Of a DNA stretch of 64,000 nt, positions 9,895-20,305 are shown piece by piece. This DNA is from Lachnospiraceae bacterium. GTDB lineage: Bacteria > Bacillota > Clostridia > Lachnospirales > Lachnospiraceae. Within the stretch, counting starts at the first letter, position 1. Each line of letters starts with the position of its first letter. The notes under the pieces were generated by a model. The model was not told where the DNA came from, ran no database searches, and saw nothing but the letters and a program-made list of their open reading frames with translations. The translations under genes and the position numbers were made by a program. The stretch is taken from the NCBI GenBank assembly GCA_024689465.1, contig JAILDL010000128.1, forward strand, positions 2,126-66,125, given 5' to 3'.

Positions 9895-10806
9895 ATGAAA
9901 AAGAAACGGAAAAATAAGTTAGAGGGCCTTCAGAAGCGGAAGGCGATCGCGGGATATCTGTTCATATCTCCCTTTATCATCGGATTTCTGGTATTCATGG
10001 TAAAGCCGCTGTTTCAGTCCCTTTATATGAGCTTCTGTGAGGTGGAGCTGGGATCCGGTACCTTTAATCCTGTCTGGACCGGAACGGAGAATCTGCTCTA
10101 TATCTTCCGGGTCGATCCGGAATATACCAGACTCCTGACGGAGGAGATGGGACGAATGATGGTTTATTCACTGGCCATTATCGTATTCAGTTTCTTCGTG
10201 GCGTTGATCCTGAATCAGGAATTTAAGGGAAGAGCCCTGGTAAGAGCCATCTTCTTCCTGCCGGTTATTCTGGCAAGCGGTGTCATCCTGGGACTGGAAA
10301 CAGACAACCAGCTGATGGCGACCCTGGCACAGCAGATCGAGGATACCACCTCCAACATCAGCATCACCGATGCCCTGGAGAACATCCTAAGGACCGCCGG
10401 GATCGGAACAAGAGCCTTTGAACAGGTCTTTGAGATCATCGACAATATCTACGATGTCGCCATTGCTTCCGGTATTCAGATCATCATCTTCCTGTCCGGA
10501 TTGCAGACCATCTCCTCCAGTATGTATGAGGCGGCTGACATCGAAGGCTGTACCAAGTGGGAGAGCCTGTGGAAGATCACCTTCCCCATGATCAGTTCCA
10601 TGTTCCTTGTAAACTGGATCTATACCGTCATCGACTTCTGTATGCGTTCCGATAACGAAGTCATTGAAAAGATCCAGGAGGTTATGATCGATCAGATGCG
10701 ATACGGAAGAGCTTCCGCCATGAGCTGGGTTTATTTCCTTCTGATCCTTGCCTTTATCGGTGTTTCATCATTCCTTATTTCAAAGAGGGTATACTACTAT
10801 GACTAA
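9895..10806 (+). CDS. Carbohydrate ABC transporter permease (CUT1, LplB-like), second set
   Basis: ATG at 9895 (MKKKRKNK...) with an AGAGAGGA RBS. EAA loop EAADIEGCTKWESLWKITFPM. Confidence 0.75.
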   Translation: MKKKRKNKLEGLQKRKAIAGYLFISPFIIGFLVFMVKPLFQSLYMSFCEVELGSGTFNPVWTGTENLLYIFRVDPEYTRLLTEEMGRMMVYSLAIIVFSFFVALILNQEFKGRALVRAIFFLPVILASGVILGLETDNQLMATLAQQIEDTTSNISITDALENILRTAGIGTRAFEQVFEIIDNIYDVAIASGIQIIIFLSGLQTISSSMYEAADIEGCTKWESLWKITFPMISSMFLVNWIYTVIDFCMRSDNEVIEKIQEVMIDQMRYGRASAMSWVYFLLILAFIGVSSFLISKRVYYYD

Positions 10807-11821
10807 GAAGAACAAAGAGTATAAGTCCATAAAGCCTCTTGCTCAGTATACCTACTGGGAGAGAAACAAATTATCCGGAGGTTATCTCTTAAAGAGACAG
10901 GTTACGGATGTAGTGGTGAGCATCTGCCGGTTCGTGTTGCTGTTCGGTATGTGCTTTTTGATCCTGCAGCCCATCTTTAACAAGATCTCTGTCAGCTTCA
11001 TGACCGAGCAGGATCTGTTTAACCCCATTGTTATCAACATCCCGGAGCACTTTACCACCGAGAATTATAAGATGGCTTCCGCGATCATGGAGTATCCCAA
11101 GGCACTGGTTAATTCCCTGATCATTTCCCTGACCATCGCGCTGCTGCAGATCGCAGTCTGCACCCTGGTGGGATACGGATTTGCAAGGTTCAATTTCCCG
11201 CTTAAGAAATTCTGGTTTGCCTGCGTGATCCTGGTCATTCTGATCCCGCCCCAGACCATTGCCAGCTCCCTGCATCTGCACTTTCGATTCTTTGATATTC
11301 TGGGAATCTTCAAGATGATCACCGGAGACACTGTAAACCTCCGCGGATCCAAGCTTCCCTACTATCTGATGAGTGCCGGCTGTATGGGTCTTAAGAACGG
11401 CTTATACATTTACATGATCCGTCAGTTCTTCCGAAATATCCCGGAGGATATGGAAGAAGCAGCATACGTGGACGGTTGCGGTATGTTAAAGACATTCCTG
11501 CGGATCATGCTTCCGGAATCCAAGCCCATCGTTACATCCTGTTTCCTCTTTGCCTTTGTATGGCAGTGGACAGACGGCTTCTATTCCAAAATGTTCCTGG
11601 GCAGTACCAAGTTAGTCAGCACATCTCTTGCCAGACTGGTAGATTCCCTGGGAACCTTTATCCAGCGAATGACCGGTATCAAGACCACGGTCTCCATCGC
11701 GTATTCCAACTGTATCCTGGCAACCGGTACGCTGATGATCATTCTTCCGCTGATCGTCCTGTACCTGTTCGCACAGCGTGCTTTCGTTGAAAGCATCAGT
11801 AGTTCCGGTATCAAGATGTAA
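10799..11821 (+). CDS. Carbohydrate ABC transporter permease (CUT1, LplC-like), second set
   Basis: The ATG at 10799 overlaps the upstream stop (ATGACTAA). EAA loop EEAAYVDGCGMLKTFLRIMLPESKP. Confidence 0.75.
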   Translation: MTKKNKEYKSIKPLAQYTYWERNKLSGGYLLKRQVTDVVVSICRFVLLFGMCFLILQPIFNKISVSFMTEQDLFNPIVINIPEHFTTENYKMASAIMEYPKALVNSLIISLTIALLQIAVCTLVGYGFARFNFPLKKFWFACVILVILIPPQTIASSLHLHFRFFDILGIFKMITGDTVNLRGSKLPYYLMSAGCMGLKNGLYIYMIRQFFRNIPEDMEEAAYVDGCGMLKTFLRIMLPESKPIVTSCFLFAFVWQWTDGFYSKMFLGSTKLVSTSLARLVDSLGTFIQRMTGIKTTVSIAYSNCILATGTLMIILPLIVLYLFAQRAFVESISSSGIKM

Positions 11822-11935
11822 GAATTTTTCTTACCATCTGATATAATAATGTTAAGGTTGCAAAATCGTTTTACCTCTGCCGGAAAAAGGGGTGGGCGGT
11901 TACAAACAACACTATCTTAAGGAGGGTTTAAAGTA

Positions 11936-13414
11936 ATGAAAAAGCCGATGACAAAGAAAGTTTTCGCTGCTGCTACAGCTGCTGTTGTGGCTATGACCAC
12001 TGTAGCTTGCGGTAGCAACGCTGCTGCACCTGCTCCCGAAGCACCTGCTGCAGATTCTACAGCCAGCGAAACAACTGCTGCAGCTGATACTACTGAAGTA
12101 GAAGCTGAAGCAGAAGAAGAGGTAAGTCCTTACACAGTGATCACCGATGCCAATGGGGATCCCATTGATCTGGGCGGCATGGATATCATCATCCGTGACT
12201 GGTGGAGCGGTGACCCTGCAGAACCTGCCAATGATTATGAAGAAGCACGTGACGAATATCGTGAGTGGATCCAGGAGACTTATAACTTTACCATTAAGTC
12301 TCAGGCTATCTCCGATTGGGGTAGCGCACCTCAGGATTTCGTAGATTATGTTACCACCGGCGGTGATGATCAGAACTACGTATTCGTACTTCGTAACGAT
12401 CCTGCTATTGTTTCCGCTATGGGCAATGGCCTGATGTATGATCTGTCCACTCTGGATTGCCTGGATTTCTCCGAGCCTAAGTTCCAGAAGAACATGCTGC
12501 ATGAGCAGTATTCCAAGGGCGGCAAGATCTGCTGTATGTTTGCCGGTAACTCCGAAGCACGTACCGGTGTTTATTTCAATAAGAGAGTCCTTACCGAAGC
12601 AGGTATCGATCCTGAAAGCATCTACGATATGCAGGCAGACGGAACCTGGACATGGGATAAGTTTGAAGAACTGATGGCTACCTGCCAGAGAGATACCGAT
12701 AACGACGGTAGTGATGATATCTACGGTCTGACTCTGAACGAGTCCGTTATGACCGACCAGGCTGTATTCTCCAACGGTGGTTCCTATGTTGGCAAGAATG
12801 CAGACGGTACTTTCTACTACAACCTGGAAGCTCCTGAGACCCAGGAAGCTCTGAAGTGGTGTGTAGATATGTACACCAAGTTTGATAACCACGATCCCGA
12901 AGGTGCTGAGTGGGATTACTACAAGGAAGAGTTCCTTTCCGGTAACGTAGCATTCATGGTAGAGCAGGAGTACGCCGGAACACCCGGTAACTTCTTAGCT
13001 GATATGGAAGACGAAGTTGGTTTCGTAATGTTCCCGAAGGGACCTCAGTACGACAACTACATCAATGTTTGGGATAACAACCCTGCAGCAATCCCTGCTT
13101 GCTACGATGAGCAGCGTGCATGGAACATTGCATTTGCATGGAACCTGTACACCAATGAGCCTGCCGGCTACGAGGATTACAACGGCTACTTATCTACCGC
13201 TCGCCAGGGTGTATTTGATGAGAGAGCAGTTGATGAGACCATTACCATGATGAGTGAAGCTGAGCACGGTACCGTTGCTTACCACGCAGTTATCCCGAAC
13301 CTGAAGTCCGGTGAAGAACTGACCTGGAGCATTGGTCCTAACGCTGATGTCGCTGCACTGACCGAAGCAATTGCCGGCACATGGCAGAGCTATGTAGAGG
13401 AAGCTAACAAGTAA
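11936..13414 (+). CDS. Extracellular solute-binding lipoprotein (ABC family 1, LplA-like)
   Basis: 492 aa. Lipobox MTTVAC|GSN. Ala/Thr/Glu-rich linker, then an SBP fold pattern. GGAGGG RBS. Confidence 0.8.
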   Translation: MKKPMTKKVFAAATAAVVAMTTVACGSNAAAPAPEAPAADSTASETTAAADTTEVEAEAEEEVSPYTVITDANGDPIDLGGMDIIIRDWWSGDPAEPANDYEEARDEYREWIQETYNFTIKSQAISDWGSAPQDFVDYVTTGGDDQNYVFVLRNDPAIVSAMGNGLMYDLSTLDCLDFSEPKFQKNMLHEQYSKGGKICCMFAGNSEARTGVYFNKRVLTEAGIDPESIYDMQADGTWTWDKFEELMATCQRDTDNDGSDDIYGLTLNESVMTDQAVFSNGGSYVGKNADGTFYYNLEAPETQEALKWCVDMYTKFDNHDPEGAEWDYYKEEFLSGNVAFMVEQEYAGTPGNFLADMEDEVGFVMFPKGPQYDNYINVWDNNPAAIPACYDEQRAWNIAFAWNLYTNEPAGYEDYNGYLSTARQGVFDERAVDETITMMSEAEHGTVAYHAVIPNLKSGEELTWSIGPNADVAALTEAIAGTWQSYVEEANK

Positions 13415-13578
13415 TTTGGATACTTTCCTATAGGTTTCGAAATCTATCATTGAAGTGGACGGTGTTTTCCGGGCATCGTCCACTCTTTATATGAGCGCAT
13501 CTTTTTTACAGATGTCTGTTTCTGAAAAGATGCGTTCATATGAAGCAACATTACAGGATAAGAGGAAAAGAAGACAAT

Positions 13579-14676
13579 ATGATGAACAAGGGAAGAAAAG
13601 GGGTCCTGATCCTGATGCTTTCCTGCACAGTGGCTTTGGGGGGCTGCGGACAGATAGCAGAGGATGAACCCATCGTCATGGTGGACCATACACCGGACGA
13701 GATCACCTACAACCTGGAAGAGATCACAAAAGGGGATGTGGTCCGCTCCATCACCGTAAACTGTACCTATGCACAGACCAAACAGCAGGAGGTGGCCTTC
13801 ACCACCGGCGGCCGGATCGTGGACCGGGTACATGTCAAAGCGGGAGATTATGTAAAAAGAGGAGATCTCCTGGTGGAATTAAAAGCCGGAGATATGGAGG
13901 ATCAGATCGCTACGCTGGAATACCAGATAAAGCGCAATACCATGCTATTGGGGTATCTGGACAAGGCGGAGGAATTTGACCTGCAGACCTCCGAAATGGA
14001 TTTTATCTACTATACCGACATGAACAATGTCGATAAGAATAAGAAAAAAGAACGGGATGAGGCCATCGCCCAGGAGTATACCTACAAGCGGGAAGACTAT
14101 CAGGACAGCATTGATTTTGATACCCGCAAGCTGGAACAGCTCAAGGCGGATCTGGCATCCTGTAAAGTCTATGCCAATCTTTCCGGCAAGGTCTTAAGCG
14201 TAAAGAAGGATCTGGAGGGGTCCACTGCCAAGCGCGGGGATGTCCTCATGACCATCGTGGATGATGCCAACGGTCTCTTCCAGGTAGAAGATGCCCAGAT
14301 GGCCTCTTATTTTGCTGCAGATGTGCCGGTATCCATGTCCATTGTCTATGGAAATGCCAAAGGCGACTACGAACTGATCCCTTATCAGATGAATACCTGG
14401 AAGGATGTGCTGTACTTCACCGTGCTCACAGGACCGGAAAATGCGGAGATCGAGGTAGGTACCTCCGGTACCATCAAGCTGTCCGCAGAAGAAAAAAAGA
14501 ACGTCCTTCGGATCCCTGTTTCCGCTTTGTATGAAGCAGACGGCAGCTACTATACCTATGTCCTCAATGACGAAAACCTCCGGGAGACCCGGTTTATCCA
14601 GGTGGGCCTGATCGGGGATGAATACGCGGAAGTGACAGGGGGCATAGAAAACGGAACAAAGGTGGTGCGCAAATGA
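13579..14676 (+). CDS. Efflux-pump periplasmic adaptor (HlyD/MacA-type membrane fusion lipoprotein)
   Basis: Lipobox LGGC|GQ. Biotinyl-lipoyl-like half motifs (VKAGDYVKRGDLLVEL). Coiled-coil stretch, then beta-barrel. Start chosen at MMNKGRKG; an alternative start is 13540. Confidence 0.7.
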   Translation: MMNKGRKGVLILMLSCTVALGGCGQIAEDEPIVMVDHTPDEITYNLEEITKGDVVRSITVNCTYAQTKQQEVAFTTGGRIVDRVHVKAGDYVKRGDLLVELKAGDMEDQIATLEYQIKRNTMLLGYLDKAEEFDLQTSEMDFIYYTDMNNVDKNKKKERDEAIAQEYTYKREDYQDSIDFDTRKLEQLKADLASCKVYANLSGKVLSVKKDLEGSTAKRGDVLMTIVDDANGLFQVEDAQMASYFAADVPVSMSIVYGNAKGDYELIPYQMNTWKDVLYFTVLTGPENAEIEVGTSGTIKLSAEEKKNVLRIPVSALYEADGSYYTYVLNDENLRETRFIQVGLIGDEYAEVTGGIENGTKVVRK

Positions 14677-16823
14677 GGAAGAACAATCGTGTAAAGATCA
14701 CCGCCACCTGTCTGTGCCTCATCCTTTCCCTGCTGACCGGATGCGCAGGGACACAGCCGGATGATGGCAGAAATGAAGTCATTGAATTAAAGGAGCCCAA
14801 GGGTGTCCAGGCTTCCTATGCGGTTATAAGCCGCAAAAACCTGTATTCCGAGGTGATCTATACTGCTACGGTAGGTCCCAGAGTCCAGGAATATGCTTTT
14901 GAAAACGATCAGACCTTTAAGAAGTACGGTGCCAATCCGGGAGCAAAGGTTTCAAGGGGCAGTACCCTGATCTATTGTGATACCAAGGAGATCTCCCAGA
15001 AGATCGAGGATCTGGAGGAAGAGATCGCCACCATGGAGGCGGACCATACCTACGATATGGGGCTTCTGGAGGAAGACTTAAAAGACGCCAGGAAGGAAGA
15101 GGAAAAGAAACTCAAGGAGACCACGGACATGTACAAGGATGAGCCGGATCCCGACTCGGTGAAGGAACATGCCCTCTGGTCCAAGGAGATCATCCGCAGA
15201 AACGGTCTGTACGAACGGGCCATGCAGGCCAGAGCCAAGATCGAGCAGGCCATTCTGGAAAAGGAAGAGCTCTACCAGTTGGACCACGATTTTAAGCTGG
15301 ACAGCCTGGAGCGGTTGAAACAGAAAAAGGAGAATTCCTACGTCTCTTCCGGGATGACCGGAGAAGTGGTATCCTGTGCCTTTTATTATGACGGGGACAA
15401 GATCCCCAAAAACCGCAGCGTTGTCGCGGTGGGAGATACGAATGATAAGGTCGTAAAGACGGAATACATTGCCAAGGGAACCATCTTAAAGGCACAGGAT
15501 CTGTATGCGCTGATCAACGGACAGCGATATGAACTGGATTACGAAACGATGGAACCGGAGGATTACAACCGTCTGAACGGACAGGGAGAAACTGTTTATA
15601 CCACCTTCCGGATCCTGGATGATACCGAAACGGTTCAGGTGGGAGATTTCGCCACCATCGTTCTGGTGCAGGATAAACGGGAGGATGTACTGACCGTTCC
15701 CTTAGATGCACTGAAAAAAGAGGAAGACGGATATTACGCCTACCTGTATGACGGGTATGGTTCTACCTATGTACCGGTCACCATCGGTATGCGGGACGAT
15801 CTATATGCCGAAGTGTTAAGCGGACTGTCCGAAGGCGACAAAGTACTGTCCTCTCAGGCTGCAAAGGAGGGGACAAAGAAAGCGACCCTTTCCTATGGAA
15901 ACAGCATTACGACGACGGATATGGGCGGATTTTTATACTATCCCTTCTCCGAATGGGTGACCAATCCAGCCAAGATGGGCACCTGCTATGTGAAGAAGGT
16001 GTATGTCACCAATTATCAGCAGGTAAAGAAAGGCCAGCAGCTGGCCAGCATAGAGATCATTCCCGATACCATTGAGATCCAGAGGCTTTCCCGTCAGATC
16101 CAGCGTATGGATGAGCGGTTTCTGGATATGGAAGCGGAGATGGAACGATTAAAGGAACTGCAGGAAGATACGAAGAACATTATCCGTTCCATGAATGCCA
16201 ACCGCAATGCCCGGGAGAAGCTGGACGAAAAGCGGCAGAAAATGGCGTCCTATTCCGGTATTATTTCCCTGACAGCGCCCTTTAACGGTATCGTTACCCA
16301 GGCAGACTCCGTAAAGGAAGGAGATCTTCTTCTTCCCGATGCCAAGGTGATCCAGGTGGCCAACGATGCCTTAAGCTACATCCTGATCCAGGATGAAAAG
16401 CATACCTTAAACTACGGCAATAAGGCGATGATCCAGTACACCGATGCCAATGGAGACAAAGCGGAAGCAGAAGGCAAGGTGGTATCGGCCGGCCCCAATT
16501 TCCTCAGTAAGGAAATGGTAAACGACTGGGCACTGGTGTCCATCCCCAAGGAGATCGCATCCTCCATGGCAGGCGTGACCCTGGGATCGACCGGCAGCTG
16601 GGGCAGAAACAGCTTCCGGGCGGAGATCACCCTGCGAAGCACCGAGAATGTGCTTCTTGTCCCGAAGAGCGCGGTTACGCTCAAGAATAAGTCCACCTAT
16701 GTAAATGTGGTGCTTTCCGACGGCAGCATCCAGCAGAGAGCGTTCGTTGCAGGAGGCTCTGATACCAACAATTACTGGGTTGTAGAAGGACTGACAGAAG
16801 GAATGACGATATGCTGGGAATAA
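14673..16823 (+). CDS. Large (716 aa) HlyD-family membrane fusion lipoprotein with extended coiled-coil regions
   Basis: Lipobox LLTGC|AG. Long coiled-coil segments (EDLEEEIATMEAD...; QRLSRQIQRMDERFLDMEAEMERLKELQ). C-terminal beta-barrel/MP domain. 4-nt overlap with the upstream gene. Confidence 0.65.
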   Translation: MRKNNRVKITATCLCLILSLLTGCAGTQPDDGRNEVIELKEPKGVQASYAVISRKNLYSEVIYTATVGPRVQEYAFENDQTFKKYGANPGAKVSRGSTLIYCDTKEISQKIEDLEEEIATMEADHTYDMGLLEEDLKDARKEEEKKLKETTDMYKDEPDPDSVKEHALWSKEIIRRNGLYERAMQARAKIEQAILEKEELYQLDHDFKLDSLERLKQKKENSYVSSGMTGEVVSCAFYYDGDKIPKNRSVVAVGDTNDKVVKTEYIAKGTILKAQDLYALINGQRYELDYETMEPEDYNRLNGQGETVYTTFRILDDTETVQVGDFATIVLVQDKREDVLTVPLDALKKEEDGYYAYLYDGYGSTYVPVTIGMRDDLYAEVLSGLSEGDKVLSSQAAKEGTKKATLSYGNSITTTDMGGFLYYPFSEWVTNPAKMGTCYVKKVYVTNYQQVKKGQQLASIEIIPDTIEIQRLSRQIQRMDERFLDMEAEMERLKELQEDTKNIIRSMNANRNAREKLDEKRQKMASYSGIISLTAPFNGIVTQADSVKEGDLLLPDAKVIQVANDALSYILIQDEKHTLNYGNKAMIQYTDANGDKAEAEGKVVSAGPNFLSKEMVNDWALVSIPKEIASSMAGVTLGSTGSWGRNSFRAEITLRSTENVLLVPKSAVTLKNKSTYVNVVLSDGSIQQRAFVAGGSDTNNYWVVEGLTEGMTICWE

Positions 16824-19609
16824 TGTTGCAGAAGATGTGGCATAAGAAGTGGCTGAATTTAAGCCTTCTTCTGGGCTGTGTACTGCTGATCGCAACGGTG
16901 GTCAGCTTTCCTTTGTACCAGAAGGCTGCTTATGACCGCATGATCCAAGATGAATTTCGAAATTACATCGCAAAAGAGGGCAAGAATCCTGCCCTTCTTC
17001 ATATGCGGAATATCTCCTCCAAGGAAAAGAACGGCGCAACCACCGTCAAACTGGAGGACTTTCAAAAAACGATCTGTGAGCAGTTGGGGGTAAGCCTTCG
17101 ACGTAACCTGCAGTTCTATACCCTGACAGCCGCTACGGCAAAGTCCGACTTAAACCGTGCTGACGGGCAGAATATCCGTGTGACCATGGGCTTTTATACG
17201 GATCTGCCGGAGCATGTGCGGATCAGCGGCGGTGAGATGTATGGGAATACGCCCTCTTCCGACGGCGTCATCGATGTGGTGGTACCTCAGGAGACCCTGG
17301 TGTCCTCCGGTCTTCTGGTGGGAGAGACATTAACCTTTGACACGCTGAAGGATTCCGAAGGAAAGCCCATCAAGATCCGGGTCAGCGGCGTTTTCGTTCC
17401 GGATTCCGAAGATCCCTACTACTGGCAGCTTAACAGCCAGGACATGTACGATCTGTGCCTGATGGATGAACAGATCTTCCGGGATCACTTTACCGGGGAA
17501 AAAGCTGGAAAGTATACCCTGACCTGCCATTTCTATACGCTTTTTAACTACGAGGATATCACCGAAGAGCAGATCCCCCATATCCAGGAGCAGACCAGAT
17601 ATTTTCTGGAAAAGAGCAAGTTCCGCAGCGTACTGGACGAGCCGTCCTACTACAGTCTGCTGGAAGAATACCAGCGGAAGGTGAACCGCATTTCCGCAAC
17701 CCTGATCATCCTGCAGGTGCCGGTGCTCATCATGTTATCGGCATTCCTGTTTATGATCTCCGGGCAGATGTATGAGATGGAGAAAAACGAGATCTCGGTG
17801 ATCAAATCCAGGGGCAGCTCCGGCGGCCAGATCTTCCGGCTGTATCTGTATCAGGGCATTGTCCTGACGGTGTGCGGTGCGCTGATCGCCTACCCTCTGG
17901 CCACGGTGTTCAGTAAGGCGCTGGGATCCGTACGGAACTTTCTGGATTTTGATACGGCCAGAGTCCTGCATGTAAGCTATACAAAACAAAGCTATATCTA
18001 TGGCGGCATCGCCATGCTGGTCACGCTGATGAGCATTACCATCCCGGCCATCCGCCACAGCAAGGTGTCCATCGTGCACTTAAAGCAGTCCCGTAATCTT
18101 CGGAAAAAAGCCTGGTGGCAGAAGATCTATCTGGATCTGGTGCTCATCGGTGTTTCCCTTTACGGCTACTATTCCTTCCACAAGAATCAGAGCGCTCTCT
18201 CCGGTGCGGTACTGGCAGGAGAGAGCCTGGATCCCCTGCTGTATCTTAGCAGCTCCGTATTTATTGTGGGCTGCGGATTATTGTTTATCCGCCTCCAGCC
18301 GCTGCTGGTCAAAGTGATCTATGCCATCGGAAGACGCTTCTGGCATCCCGCCAGCTACATCGCCTTCATGGAGAGCATCAAGCAGAGCGGCAAGCAACAG
18401 CTGATCATCCTGTTCCTGATCCTGACGGTCTCCAACGGTATCTATCATTCCACCGTTGCCCGTACCATTCTGGAAAATGCCATAGATAACACCACCTACA
18501 ACGACGGCTGCGATCTGATCATGGCGGAAAAATGGGATGAAGTGGTGGACTCCAACGGGTCTAAGACCGGAGCCTTTGTGGAGCCGGATTACAAGAAGTA
18601 CGCTTCCATGCCCTTTGCGGATGCCTATACCCGTGTTTACTATGACCCCTATGCCTATGTGACCGAGGACAAGAATAACTCGCAGGTAGTGACCCTCATG
18701 GGTATTCATACCCGTGAGTTTGGCCAGATGACCTATGTGGACAAGTACCTCATAGGCCAGCACTACTACGAATACTTAAATACCCTGGCGGACAATGCCA
18801 AGGGAGCCCTGGTATCCGATAATTTCCGTACCAAGATGGGCTATAAGGTGGGCGATACGTTGTATTTAAATAATTACCGTAAAAGCGCACTTTCCTGCGA
18901 GATCGTGGGATTCATTCCCTATTTCCCCCGATATGCGCCGGAAAAGACGGACTTAAATCCCGATGGAACGTCCTTTACAGAAGACCAGTATCTGGTGGTG
19001 ACCCACTACGATCTGACCCGTCAGGCCTTCGGAACCCTGCCCTATGAGATCTGGGTCGATTTAAAGGAAGGAACTTCCACCACAGAGATCTACAACTGGA
19101 TGGAAGAGAACAACTACCGGGTGAAGAAGTATGTAAACCGGGGGGATGACCTGGAAGAAACCATGGAAGATCCCCTTTTGCAGGGAACCAACGGCGTTCT
19201 GACCATGGGCTTTGTGGTGACCATGGTGCTGTGCGGTGTGGGCTATCTGATCTACTGGATCATGTCCATCAAGGACCGGGAACTGATCTTCGGTGTCTTA
19301 AGAGCCAGTGGTTTCCATAAGGGAGAGATCCTGCACATGCTGCTGCTGGAACAGATCTTTGCAGGCGTTCTGGCCGTGGGAGCCGGTATCGGCATCGGAA
19401 CCTTATCCGCCCGGATGTTTGTTCCCATCATCCAGACGGCCTTTGCTTCCGCAACCCAGGTACTGCCCCTGCGCCTCATCACCGACAGCGATGACCTCAT
19501 GCGTCTGTACGGCTTTACCGGCGGCGTCATGTTATTATCCCTGGCCGTTCTCGTAACCTTGCTGTTCCGTATGAACGTCACCAAGGCATTAAAGCTGGGA
19601 GAAGAGTAA
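16811..19609 (+). CDS. ABC transporter permease with two FtsX-like halves (MacB/YknZ-like, ~10 TM, two large extracytoplasmic domains)
   Basis: 932 aa. TM1 followed by a ~250-aa extracellular domain and 3 TMs, then the same pattern repeated. Overlaps both neighbouring genes. Confidence 0.75.
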   Translation: MLGIMLQKMWHKKWLNLSLLLGCVLLIATVVSFPLYQKAAYDRMIQDEFRNYIAKEGKNPALLHMRNISSKEKNGATTVKLEDFQKTICEQLGVSLRRNLQFYTLTAATAKSDLNRADGQNIRVTMGFYTDLPEHVRISGGEMYGNTPSSDGVIDVVVPQETLVSSGLLVGETLTFDTLKDSEGKPIKIRVSGVFVPDSEDPYYWQLNSQDMYDLCLMDEQIFRDHFTGEKAGKYTLTCHFYTLFNYEDITEEQIPHIQEQTRYFLEKSKFRSVLDEPSYYSLLEEYQRKVNRISATLIILQVPVLIMLSAFLFMISGQMYEMEKNEISVIKSRGSSGGQIFRLYLYQGIVLTVCGALIAYPLATVFSKALGSVRNFLDFDTARVLHVSYTKQSYIYGGIAMLVTLMSITIPAIRHSKVSIVHLKQSRNLRKKAWWQKIYLDLVLIGVSLYGYYSFHKNQSALSGAVLAGESLDPLLYLSSSVFIVGCGLLFIRLQPLLVKVIYAIGRRFWHPASYIAFMESIKQSGKQQLIILFLILTVSNGIYHSTVARTILENAIDNTTYNDGCDLIMAEKWDEVVDSNGSKTGAFVEPDYKKYASMPFADAYTRVYYDPYAYVTEDKNNSQVVTLMGIHTREFGQMTYVDKYLIGQHYYEYLNTLADNAKGALVSDNFRTKMGYKVGDTLYLNNYRKSALSCEIVGFIPYFPRYAPEKTDLNPDGTSFTEDQYLVVTHYDLTRQAFGTLPYEIWVDLKEGTSTTEIYNWMEENNYRVKKYVNRGDDLEETMEDPLLQGTNGVLTMGFVVTMVLCGVGYLIYWIMSIKDRELIFGVLRASGFHKGEILHMLLLEQIFAGVLAVGAGIGIGTLSARMFVPIIQTAFASATQVLPLRLITDSDDLMRLYGFTGGVMLLSLAVLVTLLFRMNVTKALKLGEE

Positions 19610-20292
19610 TGAGTGAAAAGATAATGATAAATGGTGAAGGGATCACCCGCTCTTTCCCGGTTCCGGGAGGAGAATTCCAGGCCCTTAAGGGGATCAATCT
19701 GAAAATAGGAGAAGGCGTCTTTGCCATCTTAAAGGGACGCTCCGGCTCCGGTAAGACCACACTGATGAACATCCTTTCTACTTTGGATGATCCCACAGAG
19801 GGGGAAGTCTATCTGGATGATGAACGGGTGCGGGACTTATCCCAGAGAGCCAGAGAGAACCTGCGAAGAAGGAAAATGGGATTTGTATTTCAGTCTGTTT
19901 CCCTGATTCCTTCCTTAAATGCCTATCAGAATGTGGAATTTGCCCTGCGTATGGCAGGAGGCCGGATCAATAAGCAATCCGCTTACCGGGTGGAAGAGTG
20001 CCTGAAAAAGGTGGGACTGGGCAATCGTATGACCCATATGCCTTCGGAAATGAGCGGCGGTGAGCAGCAGAGAGTAGCCATTGCAAGAGCGTTTGTACAT
20101 CGTCCTTCCATCATCTTTGCGGATGAGCCTACGGCGGAGCTGGATTCCGCCATGGCAGCCAGAGTCACCGAGACCTTTAAGCGCATGAGCCGGGAAGAGA
20201 ACATCACGGTGCTGATGACCACCCACGATGTGGGTCTGATGGGCGCAGCCGATGAGATCATAGAACTGGAAAGCGGAGAACGTATCTCCTGA
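19609..20292 (+). CDS. ABC transporter ATP-binding protein (MacB/LolD-type NBD)
   Basis: Walker A GRSGSGKTT, signature [14 protein letters not shown], Walker B IIFADEPTAELD, H-loop TTHD. Confidence 0.9.
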   Translation: MSEKIMINGEGITRSFPVPGGEFQALKGINLKIGEGVFAILKGRSGSGKTTLMNILSTLDDPTEGEVYLDDERVRDLSQRARENLRRRKMGFVFQSVSLIPSLNAYQNVEFALRMAGGRINKQSAYRVEECLKKVGLGNRMTHMPSEMSGGEQQRVAIARAFVHRPSIIFADEPTAELDSAMAARVTETFKRMSREENITVLMTTHDVGLMGAADEIIELESGERIS

Positions 20293-20305
20293 CAGGAAAA
20301 GAGAA

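Noticed and set aside
11822-11935. Promoter upstream of the second SBP (TATAAT at ~11842, TTGCAA at ~11858)
   Set aside because: The elements are in the wrong order and spacing for a sigmaA promoter, so no confident call is made. The SBP may be co-transcribed with the upstream permeases.
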